From: an uncultured Bacteroidia bacterium
Lineage (GTDB): Bacteria; Bacteroidota; Bacteroidia; Bacteroidales; Prolixibacteraceae
Assembly (NCBI GenBank): GCA_903897145.1
Contig: CAIUAN010000018.1
Span: 50,889 to 114,888 of the forward strand
Direction of reading: 5' to 3'
Length of the DNA stretch: 64,000 nt
The translations under genes and the position numbers were made by a program. Positions 60,471-64,000 of this stretch are shown here, piece after piece. Within the stretch, counting starts at the first letter, position 1. Each line of letters opens with the position of its first letter. The notes below the pieces were generated by a model, which saw nothing but the letters and a program-made list of their open reading frames with translations, was not told the DNA's origin and did not search any database.

Positions 60471-60478
60471 CAAAATTA
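60471..60478 (-). promoter_or_regulatory. -7 promoter box (TAATTTTG) for the RM operon
   Basis: Exact TAnnTTTG on the minus strand, 16 nt upstream of the Dam-like ATG. It is preceded by the tandem 8-mer TTAACGAA x2 (60487-60502). Confidence 0.35.
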
Positions 60479-60524
60479 ATCAATTTTTCGTTAATTCGTT
60501 AATTTGGGCGTATCGTTTTTTATT

Positions 60525-60659
60525 GGTGCTAACGTTCGAGGCTATAAAACGTAGGGGTTTGCGTGCTTGCGAATGTATCAACCGATACAAACCTTGCCAG
60601 CGGGATAAAATGTTGCTAAACCTCTTAAACCCCTATGTTTTATGAGCCTTTGTTGTGCC
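60525..60659 (-). repeat. attC-like site H
   Basis: Boxes are GGTGCTAAC and GTTGTGCC. The stem is AGGCTATAAAACGTAGGGGTTT / AAACCCCTATGTTTTATGAGCCT, with one extrahelical C and one G-T wobble on the plus strand. Confidence 0.7.
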
Positions 60660-60671
60660 TTCGTTGTTTTT

Positions 60672-63600
60672 TTATTCCTTCAATTTAATTACTAATTCGT
60701 TAAGACTTTTATCTATAGTGTTTATTGCGGCATTATCATCAAAGAGTTTGTGTGCTTTGATAGACAAATCTGAAAGCTCTTTATGTACTTTGTTGTTTTT
60801 GTCAAAATCAGGAATAAAAACAGGCGGGTTAATTTTAAAAGACCTTGAATCAGATGAATTTAAAATATACGATTCAGTTACTGGAGCATTTAGGATAGCA
60901 CAAATATAATGGGCTTCTTCAAGTGTTATGAAACCCCCAGAACTATTTTGTGAAATTGTAACGGCATGGTTTTGAAATTGAGGCCTTTTCAATTCGCCCC
61001 AAGGTGTCAAAACGGAGCTTACCACACAAGACTGCCATTTTGAATTGTCTCTAAATGCAACATAATGGTCAGCAAAACTATACTCACCAACACGAGCTAA
61101 AGCATAAAATTCTGTATTATGCTTTTCTCCAATTATTTTTTCGTTGTATTGGGTTTGGGATTCAAAAACCGTTTTGAATTTATTAAAATATGTCGCTAAT
61201 AATTTTGAACCTTTAGTTAATTCTTTAATTGTTATTGGACTTCTTGTATTTGTTTTTTCATAAGGAAACGGAACTATATAATTTGACTTCAACAAATGAA
61301 ATCTTTCAATGTCCACACCTTTAATCAAAGGATGTAAATACTTCTTCTCTAAAGGAAATGATTCTAATGGTATTTTATATTTCGATTTTTTGTTTTGATA
61401 ATTCTTGATGATAACTGTATCTTTTGAAACAGGCATATCGTTGTCAACTTCCAACAAAAATAATTCTTGAGGATAAAACTCAATCCCTTCTCTTCCCTTG
61501 TAGCTGGCAACGCCCGATATTTTAGTAAAAGAGTTAAGTTCCACTTCATTTTTAGCACAAGAAAAAATTGTGCTATTTTCATTTGCTTGTCCAGCCAGCT
61601 CTATTGACTCCGTGAATACATCTTTTAACAATGAATAGTCCGTAATATTAGAATAAGTTTTCAAGTCATAACCTTTATTCTTTATGAAGTATTTCAATGG
61701 AATACCCTGCTTGTAATCAACCTTTTTATTAGAAAAAAAGAATGTTAAAAACTTATGGGTAACTGGGTCAAAAGGATGACCAGCTTTTGTCCAATCATAG
61801 AGTTGTTGAAAATACAAATTTCTATTCTCTTCAAGTTTAAATTGTCTGAACCCTTCATAGGTTTGTTGGAAAATGATTGTTTGAGGCATTAAAAATGCCA
61901 AAACGCCATTCTCTTTTAACCAATTCATAGCTGAAACATTAGAGATTAATGCACAAATATTTAAGTTAATTCCACCAGTTAAACTGTCGCCTGAGAATAA
62001 ATGTCTTTCGATACATATAGATTTTACTCGTTCTCTGTAACCTGCTGGCAAGTTCTTCCAATCAATCCAAGGAGGGTTACCTACAATTAAATCAAATTTA
62101 CCAAGGTTTGCGGTAGTCAAAAAGTTTGTAACAATTCTTGCCCAGATTCCATTCCATTCATTTCTTTCAAGGTCAACAAATTGCTCTGCTAATGAATTAA
62201 TTCTATTAGATATTTCAGTAGTTAAATCCTTTTCAGGGATAATTGCCGACAACTTTTCTTGTATTGAAACAGCATCTAAATTATGAATGTCTTGTTCAAT
62301 ACTTGTCATTGTTTTAGAAAACAAAACTGGGTCTGAAACAGCACTTTTCGGCAAGTCAATATTAATAAAACCTTTAATGGTCTTGATGCTGTAATTGATA
62401 CAATCAATATTATCAATTACAACTTTAGAAGGTACATATGAAGAGTCACCAAGATAAACTGGAATTTCAAATTCATCATCGTCTGAAATTAGGTGAGATA
62501 TATTAATAAAGTAATTAATTCTTGATGTAAGAACGGCTAATGGGTTTAAGTCTATTGCTTTAACCCTATTTAAGACCGCATTCAATCTTTCTTTATTATT
62601 GAGTTGTATTGTTTCAAGTAAAACGTGTTTTATCAAAACAGTAACGAAAGTACCAGAGCCTGCACAAGGGTCAAGTGCAGTCCAATTCTGCTTAGCCGGG
62701 TTTAGATTGATTGTTTCCCTAATTAAATTATCGGCTAACCAAGATGGTGTATAAAACTCACCAAGGCTATGTCTAACCTTGTCGGGTATTATTTTCATAA
62801 ATAATTCCCTGAATAAATCTTGGACATTTTCGCCTGTTTGAAATAGTGCTTTGTCTTCGTATTGTGTTAAAATTTTAAAGATTTCTTGAACCAATCCACC
62901 AATTTCGTTTGTCCATTGGTTTGATGAACAATACCAAGCAAAAAAGTCGCCTTCCAATAAATTACCAATTCCAAGACTTCTGAAAATTGCACCTTCTTCA
63001 AGTGAATTCATTTGATGTCTTAATGTATCAAAGTCAGTTTCGGATAATTTATTAAAGTCAATTAGGCTTTTGTTAAACCTGATTTTACTAATAACTTTAT
63101 ACGCAATTATCTTAACAATAATAGCATAAGTAGTTTGAATAGCATATAATGCTAAATATTCATCTTCGTTTGTTTTTAACTCTTCGCCTATTGTTTCTTC
63201 TAACGATTTCTTTCTATCTTCAATTGCTTTTTGCTTTGAGTTATCATCGTGTGCTAATCTGAATAACTCTTTCCATTCATTAAAAAGCATCAGGGAACGC
63301 CCAGTTGGACTGTTTTTCAAAGTGTTGAATAAACAAAGCGTTAATTTGTTTGAAAGACTTTTGTCTGATTCGCAAAAGTCTTTTACTAAATTTTCTGGCG
63401 TTAAAGCAACTTTATCAAGTAATACAATACTTTTAATAATTCTATCTATATGTTTTGAAGATAGTTTTTCAAACGCGCCTTCATTTATAAGACCATTTTC
63501 AATATTGATTAATTTACATTGAGTACCATCAGTCACAAGACCAAAATAATCTAAAGTATGTTTTTTATTTAAGCCCTTTAGATAGTCAATAAGTTGAGAG

Positions 63601-63938
63601 GAAGCCTTGTCTTTATGTTCTGTTGATAAGAGTTTAGATGTATGTTTAAATTCAATTACCAATGCACCAATTTTACTGTCAATTCTACCTTTAGAAATAT
63701 GCCTTTCGGTATTGATTGTCTTTTCTTTTTCTGGATAGTATTTTAGTCCAAGAGTATCCTTTATAAACGAAAAAAGTTCAAGTTCAAAAATTGAAACGAT
63801 ACTTGCTTCGTTTTCAGCTTTTTTTGATTCTGTATAAATATCGTTACTCACTTCAGCCAACAGTTCAGCATATTCGGTTGTCCGAATTAGTGTTTCTATT
63901 TGCTTTATTTTGAATTTGCTTTTCTTTATTTTGTCCAT
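60672..63938 (-). CDS. Type IIG/IIL restriction-modification enzyme (fused PD-ExK nuclease, gamma-class N6-adenine methyltransferase and target-recognition region)
   Basis: N-terminal GRIDSKIGALVIEFKH (D...ExK, MmeI-like), GEFYTPSWLA, motif I LDPCAGSGTF and motif IV VGNPPWIDW. It is 1088 aa with a long C-terminal region. Confidence 0.8.
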   Translation of the reverse strand: MDKIKKSKFKIKQIETLIRTTEYAELLAEVSNDIYTESKKAENEASIVSIFELELFSFIKDTLGLKYYPEKEKTINTERHISKGRIDSKIGALVIEFKHTSKLLSTEHKDKASSQLIDYLKGLNKKHTLDYFGLVTDGTQCKLINIENGLINEGAFEKLSSKHIDRIIKSIVLLDKVALTPENLVKDFCESDKSLSNKLTLCLFNTLKNSPTGRSLMLFNEWKELFRLAHDDNSKQKAIEDRKKSLEETIGEELKTNEDEYLALYAIQTTYAIIVKIIAYKVISKIRFNKSLIDFNKLSETDFDTLRHQMNSLEEGAIFRSLGIGNLLEGDFFAWYCSSNQWTNEIGGLVQEIFKILTQYEDKALFQTGENVQDLFRELFMKIIPDKVRHSLGEFYTPSWLADNLIRETINLNPAKQNWTALDPCAGSGTFVTVLIKHVLLETIQLNNKERLNAVLNRVKAIDLNPLAVLTSRINYFINISHLISDDDEFEIPVYLGDSSYVPSKVVIDNIDCINYSIKTIKGFINIDLPKSAVSDPVLFSKTMTSIEQDIHNLDAVSIQEKLSAIIPEKDLTTEISNRINSLAEQFVDLERNEWNGIWARIVTNFLTTANLGKFDLIVGNPPWIDWKNLPAGYRERVKSICIERHLFSGDSLTGGINLNICALISNVSAMNWLKENGVLAFLMPQTIIFQQTYEGFRQFKLEENRNLYFQQLYDWTKAGHPFDPVTHKFLTFFFSNKKVDYKQGIPLKYFIKNKGYDLKTYSNITDYSLLKDVFTESIELAGQANENSTIFSCAKNEVELNSFTKISGVASYKGREGIEFYPQELFLLEVDNDMPVSKDTVIIKNYQNKKSKYKIPLESFPLEKKYLHPLIKGVDIERFHLLKSNYIVPFPYEKTNTRSPITIKELTKGSKLLATYFNKFKTVFESQTQYNEKIIGEKHNTEFYALARVGEYSFADHYVAFRDNSKWQSCVVSSVLTPWGELKRPQFQNHAVTISQNSSGGFITLEEAHYICAILNAPVTESYILNSSDSRSFKINPPVFIPDFDKNNKVHKELSDLSIKAHKLFDDNAAINTIDKSLNELVIKLKE

Positions 63939-63954
63939 TATATTTTTAAAGTGT

Positions 63955-63962
63955 CAAAGATA
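63955..63962 (-). promoter_or_regulatory. -7 promoter box (TATCTTTG) for the type IIG gene
   Basis: Exact TAnnTTTG on the minus strand, 16 nt upstream of the ATG at 63938. Confidence 0.35.
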
Positions 63963-64000
63963 GACTTTCTTAATTGTTTCTTGTTTAGTTAAGTATCGCT

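Larger units (their letters stand above)
50113..64000 (-). mobile_element. Integron-type gene cassette array (or attC cluster without integrase); integrase/attI not in window
   Basis: AT-rich block with every gene on the minus strand. Eight attC-like imperfect hairpins (81-159 bp, ...AAC / GTT... boundaries) follow the gene units. End boxes match cassette by cassette. Cargo is defence and TA functions. Confidence 0.75.

Noticed and set aside
50802-60645. Plus-strand ORFs in the track that overlap the intergenic repeats (50802-51092, 53322-53585, 56137-56346, 60409-60645) and minus-strand ORFs 56096-56335 and 56862-57077
   Set aside because: They are open only because they run through GC-rich hairpin elements. 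They are Cys/Arg-rich and low in complexity, overlap better-supported genes, and have no recognisable motifs. They are better explained as attC-like DNA.
50838-60659. Could the eight repeats be a CRISPR array, REP/MITE elements or plain terminators?
   Set aside because: They are not CRISPR: repeats are 81-159 bp, non-identical and 0.6-3.5 kb apart, with full genes between them. Plain terminators are unlikely because the stable fold (G-T wobbles) is on the non-coding strand and no T-run follows on the coding strand. REP/MITE cannot be fully excluded without genome-wide counts, but it would not predict the cassette-wise box complementarity.

Overview
The window looks like a Bacteroidota-type chromosome. 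The reasons are TAnnTTTG-type -7 promoter boxes, no obvious Shine-Dalgarno use, and many DUF1080, carboxypeptidase-regulatory-like and lipoprotein genes. Positions 1-50,000 are ordinary core and metabolic genes. They include a partial Omp85-like gene running off the left edge, HAD, MFS, cutC, CYTH, an AlkP-family enzyme, nagB, an M13 peptidase, an M24B aminopeptidase, enolase, PBP4, GH29 fucosidase, a hybrid histidine kinase, several SDRs and DoxX proteins. Three items in the core stand out. First, a tight four-gene operon (DegT aminotransferase, Fe-ADH, metal-type KdsA, FSA-aldolase::CBS fusion) resembles a Kdo/8-amino-Kdo pathway with an unusual first enzyme. Second, a candidate class I preQ1 riboswitch lies directly upstream of yhhQ-queC-queF. 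Third, an RsmH paralogue sits outside a dcw context. From about 50.1 kb to the right edge the sequence becomes visibly more AT-rich and all genes lie on the minus strand. These genes are separated by eight GC-richer imperfect hairpin elements of 81-159 bp, each bounded by ...AAC on the left and GTT... on the right (plus-strand reading). The box at the start of each unit is the exact reverse complement of the box in that unit's own 3' element, not of its immediate partner box. Stem wobbles are G-T on the plus strand only. I read this as an integron-type gene cassette array of attC sites, with any integrase or attI lying beyond the right edge (>64,000). The cargo is mainly defence and addiction functions: a type IIG RM enzyme, a two-methylase plus PD-ExK nuclease RM operon, a DUF4160/DUF2442 pair, a Fic protein, a secreted Ntn-hydrolase-like protein, a HigB/HigA-like TA pair, a UDG-superfamily-like orphan, a PD-(D/E)XK nuclease and a HEPN-motif protein. 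No rRNA, tRNA or CRISPR array was seen. All family calls come from motif recognition by eye; no database search or numeric computation was possible.
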